Source of the DNA: Dehalococcoidia bacterium
GTDB taxonomy: Bacteria; Chloroflexota; Dehalococcoidia; GIF9; UBA5629
Assembly (NCBI GenBank): GCA_041650115.1
Contig: JBAZLT010000001.1
Location: 1 to 51,596 of the forward strand
Direction: 5' to 3'
DNA: 51,596 bases
Position 1 is the stretch's first letter. Every line of letters begins with the position of its first letter. Of the stretch, positions 19,078-28,700 are shown piece by piece. Under the pieces are notes generated by a model. The model did no database searches, was not told the origin of the DNA, and saw nothing but the letters and a program-made list of their open reading frames with translations. The position numbers and the translations under genes were made by a program.

Positions 19078-19898
19078 TTGACTGCTCCTTTCGCCTGTTT
19101 TCTTTTGTCCAGTATGATGCGGACCATCTCGGCGAAGCCGTGCCCGCCGCTTTTGCCGGTGACATATTTCGGCGGGTGCTTCAACTTATGGCTGAAATTC
19201 TTGATGTTGGCCACTCCCACGGTCAGGTCGAGGGCCTCGAACATAGGCTCGTCGTTGGGGGAGTCCCCCGCGAAGAGCATGCAGCGTTCCGCCTCAGACC
19301 ATTTGAGCGAGAGCCGCTCCTCTAAGAAGAGTTTGGCCGTGGAAAGCTTGTTGTAATCGCCGAACCAGCCGTTGACGTGGATGGAGCTGATTTTATGCGT
19401 GGCGCCGTGCTCGCTGAAGATGCGGCAGATCTCGTCGATCTCGGCCTCGCTCAGCGGTTTAACGTCCTCGCAGAAGTCGATGGCCAGGTCGAACAGCCTG
19501 AAGGGCTGGTCGGAGGCCACACCGGCGGCCGGCACACGGAGCAGCACCTCTTTCTTGATGGTCTCCAGCTTAGCCCGTTTGTCGGCGATCTCCTGCGGCG
19601 TGAAGATATAGCGCTGGCGCAGCTTGCCGGCCTTGTGGTCGTAATAGTAGTAGAAGGCGCCGTTCTCGCCCACCACGCCGTCCACCGGCCACATGCGGGC
19701 GAAGTGGTCGCACCATCCGGCCGGGCGTCCGGTGAGGGGAACAGTGATCAGTCCCGCCTCGCGCAGGTCCCACAGCGCCTGGAAGGCCTGCGGCACCATT
19801 TTACCCTCGTGCGTGAAGGTATCGTCGATGTCGAACAGCACCCCGCGGATGCGGGCGCATTCAACGGGCGTGATGGTCGCGATTTTTTTCATGAGCAA
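19074..19898 (-). CDS. HAD-IIB family hydrolase (sugar-phosphate-phosphatase-like)
   Basis: Motif I is FDIDDTFT, motif II is TGRP, and motif IV is GDSPNDEPMF. Confidence 0.8.
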   Translation of the reverse strand: MLMKKIATITPVECARIRGVLFDIDDTFTHEGKMVPQAFQALWDLREAGLITVPLTGRPAGWCDHFARMWPVDGVVGENGAFYYYYDHKAGKLRQRYIFTPQEIADKRAKLETIKKEVLLRVPAAGVASDQPFRLFDLAIDFCEDVKPLSEAEIDEICRIFSEHGATHKISSIHVNGWFGDYNKLSTAKLFLEERLSLKWSEAERCMLFAGDSPNDEPMFEALDLTVGVANIKNFSHKLKHPPKYVTGKSGGHGFAEMVRIILDKRKQAKGAVK

Positions 19899-19922
19899 AC
19901 TTGATGAAGGGCGACTAATCGG

Positions 19923-20330
19923 TTAAAGCAGCAGCAGCACCGGGACGATGATGGCGACCAGGCCGGTGACCAGCACCACCAGCAGGAAGAGGCTGTAGCG
20001 TGTCTGGTAGTTGTTGATCAGTGAAGGATCGTAGTAGCCGTCCACGCCCTGGTCCTTATACATCTTGAGCAGTCCGTCCACCAGCTTCTGCCGGGTCTGC
20101 TTGCCCTTGATGATGCCTATCTCCGCCACCAGGTTAATCACGATGACCAGTACGATGAAGGTGAAAAAGACGATCCACTGGGTGGCGCTCTTGTCGTGGT
20201 TGCCGGCCACGCCGGAGTTGACCGCCAGCGCGATCAGGTTGAGCAGGATGGAGGCGAGTATGAAGATGGTGTCCGTTTTGGTGTTCTGCTCGAGCTCGGT
20301 GATTATATGGGTGTGAACTTTTTCAATCAT
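19923..20330 (-). CDS. Hypothetical integral membrane protein
   Basis: 135 aa with three clear hydrophobic helices. No recognisable motif. Confidence 0.5.
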   Translation of the reverse strand: MIEKVHTHIITELEQNTKTDTIFILASILLNLIALAVNSGVAGNHDKSATQWIVFFTFIVLVIVINLVAEIGIIKGKQTRQKLVDGLLKMYKDQGVDGYYDPSLINNYQTRYSLFLLVVLVTGLVAIIVPVLLLL

Positions 20331-20471
20331 TTTTATAACCTGCCTGTCGCGGCCCCCTGTAATTCTCCGGAGGCTGTCGGCCGCTCGTTTGATTGTAGCA
20401 TAGTTGCCCTGTGGCTACTATTTCCCTTCGCATCGGGGATCATCGCGCTGGAGCGGCTGAGTGACTGCCGA

Positions 20472-21920
20472 TCACATATTTTTCAGGCAGGATGCTGCGG
20501 CGTGGAAGCCGCACATGCCGTGCACGCCGGCGCCGGGGGGTGTGGAGGAGGAGCAGAGAAACATATTTGCGCCCGGTATTTTGTAGGGATCGCGCAGCAG
20601 CGCGGGGCGTGCGAAGAGCTGCCACAGCGTCTGTGCGCCGCCGCTGATATCGCCGCCCACCAGGTTGGGATTGTCCTTTTCCAGGTCGGCCGGACCGGCC
20701 GTATGGCGCGCCAGAATTACCTCGCGGAAGCCGGGCGCGAAGCGCTCCACCTGCGCCTCGATAGCGGCGGTCATATCGCCGTTGAAGCCGTTGGGCACAT
20801 GGCAGTAGGCCCAGGCGGTATGCTTGCCGGCGGGTGCGCGCGAGGGATCGAAGAGGCTGGGCTGGACCAGCAGCACGAAAGGCTTGGGGGCGTCCTCGCA
20901 GCGCCAGGCGCAGCTCTCCGACAGCGCTATCTCGTCGAACGTGCCGCCCAGGTGGACCGTGCCGGCCAGCTTGCATTCGCGGGCCTTCCAGGGTATGGGC
21001 TCGCTCAGCGCCCAGTCCATCTTGAAAACGCCCGGACCGTAGCGGTATCCCTCGAGCGAGCTGCGATAGCCGTCCGGCAGATTGAGGCCTTTTATTCTCA
21101 GCAGCTGTGCAGGTGTTATATCCCAGAGTATGGTGGCTTCCTCGGGCAGGTCGTCCATGTTTTCGATGAATTTTCCCGTGGTTATAGTTCCGCCAAGGGA
21201 TTTAAGATACGAGGCCAGCGCGGCGCTGATTTTGCCGGACCCCCCCTTCGGCAGCGGCCAACCGGCGGTGTGCCCGGCCAGCGCCAGCGCCAGGCCGTAG
21301 GCGGCGCTGGGCCATTCGTCCAGAGGAAGAATCGAGTGGGCGCACAGCCCTGCTATAAAGCCCCGTGTACGTTCAGATTGGAAACGGTGCGCCAGGAATA
21401 CGGCGGACTGCATGGCATTGAGCCCGAAGCGTGCCAGAGAGAGGGGGTGTTGAGGCCAGCGCAGCCTGCCCAGCAGGTACGGCAGCAGGTTTTCCCGTTC
21501 CTCCATCAGCGGCCTGATCAGTCGTCTGTATGCGGGGGCGTCTTTCCCCAGGGTAGCCGAGGTATCGAGTATCGATTTCAGGAGCAGGGCGCAGGAGCCG
21601 TCGTCCATGGGGTGCGCCAGCGCTGCCGGCAGCTCTTTCCATACCAGCCCGTGGTCTGCAAGCCGCAGGGTGTTGAAAAAAGGAGAGATGGCGGCCATGG
21701 GGTGGACGGCCGATCCTGTATCGTGAATGAACCCGGGCAGCGTCGACTCCGCCGCGCGAGCGCATCCTCCGATGGACGCAGTGCCCTCGAATACGTTTAC
21801 GCGCAGTCCGGCCTGCGCCAGAGCGATGGCCGCCGCCAGACCGTTGGGGCCGGAGCCGACCACGCAAATCTGTTTGTCGTGGCTGCAGGTCGACGATGTG
21901 GACAAATCCGGTCGAATCAC
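20472..21920 (-). CDS. Phytoene-desaturase-family (CrtI-like) NAD(P)/FAD-dependent oxidoreductase
   Basis: 482 aa with a GTG start. The dinucleotide-binding motif is ICVVGSGPNGLAAAIALAQAGLRVNVFE. Length and C-terminal pattern resemble CrtI-like oxidoreductases. Confidence 0.75.
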   Translation of the reverse strand: MIRPDLSTSSTCSHDKQICVVGSGPNGLAAAIALAQAGLRVNVFEGTASIGGCARAAESTLPGFIHDTGSAVHPMAAISPFFNTLRLADHGLVWKELPAALAHPMDDGSCALLLKSILDTSATLGKDAPAYRRLIRPLMEERENLLPYLLGRLRWPQHPLSLARFGLNAMQSAVFLAHRFQSERTRGFIAGLCAHSILPLDEWPSAAYGLALALAGHTAGWPLPKGGSGKISAALASYLKSLGGTITTGKFIENMDDLPEEATILWDITPAQLLRIKGLNLPDGYRSSLEGYRYGPGVFKMDWALSEPIPWKARECKLAGTVHLGGTFDEIALSESCAWRCEDAPKPFVLLVQPSLFDPSRAPAGKHTAWAYCHVPNGFNGDMTAAIEAQVERFAPGFREVILARHTAGPADLEKDNPNLVGGDISGGAQTLWQLFARPALLRDPYKIPGANMFLCSSSTPPGAGVHGMCGFHAAASCLKNM

Positions 21921-22999
21921 CTGTTAAATAGTTTACGACAGATCAGGGCCGGCGTATAGAGCATACTGAATATCTGCGCATTGAGAAATAGATTGAAGAA
22001 GCGTCCCCACTGGAGATGGCTGTCCAGGCAGACCGGCGTCACGCGCACCTGTCCTTCCATATTCATGTATTTGAGCATGGACTGCAGCACATGGGTCCAG
22101 ATGCCCTGCTGGAGCTTCGATCCTGCGATGCGGAAGGCCAGCTCGTAGACGGGGTCGCCGGCGCGGGCCAGTCCCTGTATCTGCACGGTTGTGGAACCGC
22201 CTTCCTTGAATGAGGAGAAGGTGACCCAGCCGGCCTCGGGGTGTCCCTGCGGCGTGATGAAGGTGAAGCTGTCGGGTGCGGCGTAGAGCACCATCACGCC
22301 TGTGGCCACCAGGCCGCCCGGCGTATCGGCGTTGATCAGTATTACTTCGCCCGGCCTGATCCCCTCCGGCGGGGGGTAGAAGCGGTTGGCCGGCGGCTGG
22401 AATTTTGTGAAGTTATCTTTGAGAACGGTTATGGCATGTGCGGGCTCGATCTCGCCCGGCAGGGAGATGCGATATGTCTTCTGCCAGAGCTGCCCGAACC
22501 CCTGCATGGGTCCCGCCACTTTGCGTCCCTTCACGTTGAGGTTGACGGCCTCGTTCGGCATGGCCTTGACCTGTAGCCGGGAGATGGGACTGGCCCAGGG
22601 ATCATCTGCGGGCCCTGCCGGCCCATCCTGTGCCGGTTTCACTGAGTCCTGCGGCGGTTGCCCGCTGTAGCCGGCGTGTTTCAGTGCGGTGGAGATGTCG
22701 TCGAAGCAGGGTATGCCTTCGTCCAGGCGTGCCAGGAGGAAGGCATCCAGCATACGGCCTTTCAGGCCGGCGGCGAAAAGTCTCCGGCCGTGTTGCTTTG
22801 AGATGTTGTGCAGGCGCACCAGCATGCTGAGAGCGGTGTTGTCCAGAGATGTTGCCGCCTGGAAGTCCAGGATGGCGCTGCCTTTCCCCCTGCCCGGCGC
22901 GCCTGCGGCCAGCCCGCCGAGCCGCTCCTCCATGGCCGCTGAGACATCGCCCTCGAGGGCAATGGTCCTGATATCCCGTCCGGCGTCAACAGCTTTCAT
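21917..22999 (-). CDS. STAS-domain protein fused to a DUF1990-like C-terminal domain
   Basis: The N-terminal region (ILDFQAATSLDNTALSMLVRL) is STAS-like. The C-terminal TPQGHPEAGWVTFS region resembles DUF1990 (tentative). The start is set at the ATG at 22999 because the longer track ORF (to 23287) overlaps the divergent gene at 23099. GTGA overlap with the downstream gene. Confidence 0.6.
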   Translation of the reverse strand: MKAVDAGRDIRTIALEGDVSAAMEERLGGLAAGAPGRGKGSAILDFQAATSLDNTALSMLVRLHNISKQHGRRLFAAGLKGRMLDAFLLARLDEGIPCFDDISTALKHAGYSGQPPQDSVKPAQDGPAGPADDPWASPISRLQVKAMPNEAVNLNVKGRKVAGPMQGFGQLWQKTYRISLPGEIEPAHAITVLKDNFTKFQPPANRFYPPPEGIRPGEVILINADTPGGLVATGVMVLYAAPDSFTFITPQGHPEAGWVTFSSFKEGGSTTVQIQGLARAGDPVYELAFRIAGSKLQQGIWTHVLQSMLKYMNMEGQVRVTPVCLDSHLQWGRFFNLFLNAQIFSMLYTPALICRKLFNR

Positions 23000-23098
23000 C
23001 CTGTCATTCTCAGTATAGTGTCGCGCGGAGGGTAAGGCAAGGTGCCGCCGGATAGTAAGTAAGGATATAATGTCCCCGGGTAAAAGGAGATAATAGAG

Positions 23099-23617
23099 AT
23101 GGAGAAATCGAGGCAGGAGATCAAGGATACAGCGTTTGCGCTGGCCAAGAAGTACGAGTTTGAGAATGGCAACTGCGCGCAGAGCGTATTTGCCGGCGTC
23201 ATGGAGTCGCTGGGAGTGGAGAATGAGGACATTTTCCGCGCCGCCACCGGCTTTGCCGACGGCATCGGGTTGTCGGGGGACGGCCACTGCGGGACGCTGT
23301 CCGGTGCCGTGCTGGCCATAAGCTGTTTATACGGCCGCAAGAAAGAGGAGTTCCACCGCCGCGGCAAGATGATGAAGGCGCTATTGATCTGCCGGGAGCT
23401 CGAGAGCCGCTTTAATGGCATATACGGCACCTGCCGCTGTCACGACCTGCAGGTGAAGTTCTACGGCCGATTTTTCAACCTGATGACCACCGAGGACCTG
23501 GAGGCGGCGCTCAAGGCCGGCGTGCTGGAGAGGTGCTCATCGCTGGCCGGTGAGGTCGCCTCCATGGCGGTCGAGCTGATACTGGACCAGCGTGAGAAGG
23601 ACGCAGCCAAAAGCTGA
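23099..23617 (+). CDS. C_GCAxxG_C_C family protein
   Basis: 172 aa with GNCAQSV and GHCGTLSGAV motifs plus later conserved Cys (TCRCHD, ERCS). Confidence 0.75.
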   Translation: MEKSRQEIKDTAFALAKKYEFENGNCAQSVFAGVMESLGVENEDIFRAATGFADGIGLSGDGHCGTLSGAVLAISCLYGRKKEEFHRRGKMMKALLICRELESRFNGIYGTCRCHDLQVKFYGRFFNLMTTEDLEAALKAGVLERCSSLAGEVASMAVELILDQREKDAAKS

Positions 23618-23625
23618 ACCCCCCC

Positions 23626-23780
23626 GTCATTGCGAGGGGCCCTTCTTCCATTCGTCATTGCGAGGCCGAAGGCCGCGGCAATCTACTGTGATCAAAACGG
23701 GAAACCACATTTGCTCATGTCATTGCGAGCCCGTTTTTCTTCCTCGTCATTGCGAGGCCAAAGGCCGCGGCAATCCTGTG
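23626..23780. repeat. Intergenic repeat locus C of the GTCATTGCGAG family
   Basis: Half-site at 23626, type-2 unit at 23654-23690 (+), half-site at 23719, type-2 unit at 23746-23780 (+). It lies between convergent gene ends. Confidence 0.85.
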
Positions 23781-23835
23781 TGAACAAAACTGGAAACGAA
23801 ATCATTACCGAGTCTAACACTATACCCACTTCCGC

Positions 23836-24375
23836 CTATTTCGCGAGGTCCTTGAACTTCGCCCTGAACTTGCTCAGCTTGGGAGCGATCACCACCCTGC
23901 AATAAACGTGGTTGGTATTCTCTGAATAATAGTCCCGGTGGTAGTCCTCGGCCTCGTAGAATTTGGTCAGCGGCCTCAGGGTAGTGACGATGGGGGCATG
24001 GAACTCCCCGGAGGCGTTCAGTTTCTCGATGAACTTTTCGGCCGACTCCTTTTGAGCATCGTCCACGTAGAAGATAGTGGAGTGGTATTGTTCGCCGGCG
24101 TCGTTGCCCTGGCGATTGGGTGTTGTTGGGTCGTGTGTATAGAAGAAGACCTCCAGCAGGTCGTTGTAGCTGATCAGCGCCGGGTTGTACTCGATCCTCA
24201 CTACCTCCACGTGTCCGGTATTGCCGCCGCAGACCTGTTGATAGGTCGGGTTATCGGAGCGTCCGCCCGTGTACCCCGGCATGACCTTTGATACGCCCTT
24301 CAGCTGGGAGAAGATGGCCTCGGTGCACCAGAAACATCCGCCGCCGAAGACCGCAACCTCGGTTTTGTGCTTCAT
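23836..24375 (-). CDS. msrA: Peptide-methionine (S)-S-oxide reductase
   Basis: The active-site motif is GGGCFWCTEA, with downstream GYTGG and HDPT motifs. The ATG at 24375 is preferred over the TTG at 24396. Confidence 0.9.
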   Translation of the reverse strand: MKHKTEVAVFGGGCFWCTEAIFSQLKGVSKVMPGYTGGRSDNPTYQQVCGGNTGHVEVVRIEYNPALISYNDLLEVFFYTHDPTTPNRQGNDAGEQYHSTIFYVDDAQKESAEKFIEKLNASGEFHAPIVTTLRPLTKFYEAEDYHRDYYSENTNHVYCRVVIAPKLSKFRAKFKDLAK

Positions 24376-24628
24376 CCTTATAGGATATAAGGTCAAAGGA
24401 TAATCAACAAATAGACAATCTTGAAGTCTGTATTTTGGTAAAGTGCTGGAATATATGCAGCGTAATAAGCTGCGTGGTTAACTGCAACAGAGATGTTGAT
24501 ATAGATGATCGGAGCCAGTACATGTAACATCATATGGATGGTCTATGAAGCCCACAGTATTAAAACAGAGGACTTCCCATTTTTCAGTCAGGAATCAAGG
24601 TTTACCGATGACTCTCCCGGGCAATTGT

Positions 24629-25768
24629 TTAAGTGGTCTTTGACGACCAGCGCCAGCACATCGAGCTCCAAGTGAACAAAAGGTCAGTCGTACCCGGAGT
24701 GGGCTTTAAATTACTTAATGATATTTGAGAGTTACCTACTTCTTTAATCTCCATAGCCATACCACTGGTTATGCCATGGATATGAGCTATCCCCTTCTCA
24801 TGGTTACCGCCCAAGACTTTGACTTCGCAAAATTGCGGTGGGTCAATTTTTATGGTGGTGACCTGGCCTATAATGGTTCGCGTAGGCCCTGCCCAGGAAA
24901 TGTCAGCAGCTTTTATGAAGTCGACACAGATTGGTTTGAAATTGCACCAGAGGCAGGTATTAGGACTTGGTGCCCCGTTGATGATCCCGCTATCCACTTT
25001 GTGATTATACTTGTCAAGGAGATAAAGTGCCTCATAAACGGCGTCTTGAGCGGCTTCAGGGGTAAATTTTATTTCGTGTGCTCCATCTATCAGACTCTCA
25101 ATGAGGGCTTTGGTTGGCCATTCGCCCTCGTTATCATGGATTAGTGCGGCATAAAGTAGCATCTGTCGCACATAGGGTTCGCGTATCTGCTGCGAGCCCC
25201 CATTAGGATCAAGATTCTCCATGACCAACCCTGACTTATAATCGACTATTTGAATTCCGCTGTGGTCGCGGTGTATTAAGTCAATGCGACCTATGAGTTT
25301 GCCATCGTATCCTTCGTACCAGACCTCACTTTTTAATTCACAGGCAGAAGGTACCGTGGCGCTAATACTATGTGCTTCCTTTCGCTGATTGACTATGCGT
25401 AGTGCTGTGTTGCAAGCTGCGACCATCCGTAGTGCGTATTTTGGCCATTTTACGGGTGAAGGTACAGGTTTGATAACCAAGCTTTGTAGTGACTCCACCT
25501 CTGAGACTACTAGTTCCCGCCAGCGATCAGAGATTGTTTTTTCCACTGAGTCGTCTGGGGCTAAGTCAAAATCACCGCGGCAAGCTGTCTCCAACAAGCG
25601 GTGAGAAACGGAGCCAAGTGAAGCGTAAGTTGAAGCTGTTTTTATTTCTGAGAAGGACGGGTCTAGTCCGAAAGCTACTCTTAAGAAGCATGTCCTCAAT
25701 ACTTCATTTATTGTTGGCGACACTCTTTTGAGAGGTATCGCTTCTAGCCCCGAGGGCCGCTGCTTCAT
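24629..25768 (-). CDS. RecB/Cas4/AddB-type PD-(D/E)xK nuclease with an Fe-S Cys cluster and an extra C-terminal domain
   Basis: 379 aa. Nuclease motifs are GRIDLI, IVDYKSG and QMLLYA. The Cys pattern is C27 ... C272-x2-C275-x5-C281. About 95 aa of unassigned C-terminal sequence follow. The start lies 12 nt after the stop of the giant helicase gene. Confidence 0.75.
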   Translation of the reverse strand: MKQRPSGLEAIPLKRVSPTINEVLRTCFLRVAFGLDPSFSEIKTASTYASLGSVSHRLLETACRGDFDLAPDDSVEKTISDRWRELVVSEVESLQSLVIKPVPSPVKWPKYALRMVAACNTALRIVNQRKEAHSISATVPSACELKSEVWYEGYDGKLIGRIDLIHRDHSGIQIVDYKSGLVMENLDPNGGSQQIREPYVRQMLLYAALIHDNEGEWPTKALIESLIDGAHEIKFTPEAAQDAVYEALYLLDKYNHKVDSGIINGAPSPNTCLWCNFKPICVDFIKAADISWAGPTRTIIGQVTTIKIDPPQFCEVKVLGGNHEKGIAHIHGITSGMAMEIKEVGNSQISLSNLKPTPGTTDLLFTWSSMCWRWSSKTT

Positions 25769-25780
25769 CGATTAAACAAC

Positions 25781-28700
25781 CTACCTGCTAAGCCTTTCAA
25801 TGATCTTATGTGGGTTATGGGCTAATGTCCAGATATCACACATGGCTACTGCCCGTGCTGTATCATGTGAACCGAGGCTTGCTGCCAAGTTGATAGCTTC
25901 GAGTTTAGCTCTAGCCTGTTGGTGGTTTAAAAAGTTGTCGTGTATTGTCCATAGTGGGTGTGACAAGATGGCTATCTTCTTTATGGCCGGCACGACGATA
26001 GCAGGCAACCCATTGAAAGTTGTCAGTGCTGCACCCTCTTCTTTTAAGCATTCCAAGATAGGTATTGAGAGTCCGTCAACCCTATTGAACCACCGTGAAA
26101 CGTCTAATGATAGACCTGCAGCAAGCTCACTTATATCTAACGCTAAGCGCCAATCTAAGAGGGCATGTATCTGTCTGTTCTCGTAGCTCCTAAGACAGTC
26201 GGGGCAGGAGGAATCGCATTTTGAGATGTGACGCTCTTCCAAAAATCGTTCACGGCCACTAGTTAGTAGTCTTTCTAATAGCTTATTAAAAACATGAGGG
26301 GTTCCAATATACGGGGCATAGCCGGCTCCGTTTTCTAAACTATCAGCGATGAAGATACGTCCCGTGAAGGTTTGACTGTCCTGAGCGGCGATTGGTTGAA
26401 TGCCCACCCGCAGTTCCTGGGGGTCAATATCTAGGATCTCATGGGCAGCGACTATTCGTAAATGGTGACTAAAAGAAGTCAGCGCGGACAGACCGGCTGG
26501 CATATATCCGTAGGATAGGGGTATGACTCCTAATGGTGTTAAGGTCTCCAACAGACCGGACTCATCGAGTCTCAGCTCGATACAGAGCACATCAGTCTTG
26601 GATACTGCCCCAATTGATATTCGTGTTCCGAGGGAGCTCCCAGCATTCCCGCGAAACTGCGGCGGCTCCCGGTAGAGGAGAGGATCGAGTGCTATAACAC
26701 TGTTGTCAGACTGTCTTCGCATATCATACAATGACCCGTCATTATCATTGATTACGAATATGTCTTCTTGGGTAAGCGGGAGTAACTGTACACGTTTAAT
26801 TTGGATAGGTAGAGTACTATCGCCAAGAGTTGCTATCTGCGGAAAGGAGGCGGACTGCCCTTGTTCGATTTCGTCATCGAAGTCCTCGCCTTGACTATAG
26901 TCAGTCCTGAAACCTTTTGGCTGGTAAATGGGGAATACATTTGCAAGCTGTCCACAGATCGAACAGGCAATGGATGAGACACTATTATCCTCCACCTTTC
27001 TGACTGATTGGCAGTGTGGGCACCTTGCGACGTAAAGTGGAGAACCTAAAGGATCGGCCGATATAGGCCTATTGTAACCTGGCACCCAGTTAGCTAGACC
27101 AATTGCAGTGTAGATTGTCCCGTCTTTGACCATTTCTGCTCCTGGTGCAAAAGCAGATATTGCTTGGTCGAGAGGCCGATCAGCAACCTTGCTTTCTTCA
27201 ATATCACTCATGGATTCAGGTTCGCGCCAAAAAAGAGAACGTGCTCGCGTGGGGAAACCAAACATAGGAAGTAGACCAGCGTTGGCTAGCAATTCGCTAA
27301 GATCATCGTAACTGTATACACCTTGGTTTATAGCGCCGTCGATAGCCACAGGTAAAGCATCTGTGGCCCAGTCGACTAGACTGGGTATATCTGAATAACC
27401 TGTTAGTACTGTAATTGCCTTTACGATGTCTTCAATACGCTGTCTATTCTGTTGTAGCCATCTGACAACATGTGGGCGGCGGTCCGGCCACTGGGCAGTC
27501 CGTCCGAAGTTACCGTGAGTATTGGAGTAGTCCTGCTTTGGAGTGTGCTGCCCTAGTGAACTAAATGCAATCCTAAGTATTTCCGAGGCGACCACCCGTT
27601 TGAGCACAGTCTCACTCTTGGTATCTAGGAATGGGTTGGGTGGTGGATCCCCGGTGATCCTCTTAGTATCATAGAAATAATCATCGTCGTGACTCCTATC
27701 CCTTGCCAATGTAAGTGCATAAGAGAACTGCTGTAAACGACGGCCTGCTCGTCCAACACGTTGCTGATAGTTGAACCGGTGTGGTGGCATGTTGCCCATC
27801 ACAACAGACTGAAGGTTGCCGATATCGACTCCAACCTCCATCGTTGTCGTAACGCTTAATAATTCAATGTCCTGTGCGATAGGCAGTTCGCCTGGAATAA
27901 ATGCTCCTTTAAAGCGCCTCTGTCGTTTTCTCTGCTCTTTGAGTGGCTTAGTCTGACCTGTAAGCTCTGCACTTCTTAATGCTGCGATGGGCTTTGTAGC
28001 CAGTCGTTCAAAATATCCGGCATCAGGTATTTCCTCAGAATTTTGGACAAGTCTTTCACTATTGCAGCTGGGAGAAGTGCATATCCCAGCTGAAGGGTGC
28101 AAATGACGACGGGCACAGTCCTCGCATACCCAAAATCGTCTTGTTGTGGCTGGTTGTTTGATAATTGCGAGTCCATCAAGTCGTAACATAAACTGCGAGT
28201 CCATCGCTCCCGCACTAACCAATATTTGTTTAAGCGAGTCTCTCAGATCTTGCGCTTCAACTCTATGCCTTTGTGAGACAGCGTCTACATACCGTTTTAA
28301 TGCCCGGGGCATTTCAGTTGAGTCACTAATGTAATTTGACCCTGGGTAGCGGCCTAAAAGGCCCAATATCCTGATAGAGCTTGCCACAAGTTGTGTTGCG
28401 GTGGCTTCATTGAGGCTCAAATGCCGATAATCAAGATTTGTATTAGTTCCTACCGAACCGAGCCCGAGTGACTCAAAGTCCCTTGCTGCTCGATCAAAGA
28501 GAGAATTGGTAATATCTGTTGTTAGCATTTGGCGGCGATAATTCCGTTCTTGTTGCAGGATGTTAGCGGGCACTTGCGCGTGTGTCGGCCTATTAGGCCA
28601 GTCGTATGCTTGCCACCAATCCATTTTTACTGAGCCTGCAGAGAAATTACGCATTGACGAACGTGGGCCGGCCGGGCTGAGTCCGTAGCTTAATAGCAGG

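Noticed and set aside
23000-23287. N-terminal extension of the STAS-domain ORF (456-aa version)
   Set aside because: The extension overlaps the divergent C_GCAxxG_C_C gene and its upstream region. It has no domain-like sequence. MKAVDAG at 22999 begins the STAS-like part.
24376-24628. tRNA gene, integrase or att repeat at the borders of island 1 (also checked at 38029-38096)
   Set aside because: No cloverleaf-like sequence or recombinase ORF is present. The only shared border string is the 8-mer CAATTGTT, which is too short to be meaningful.
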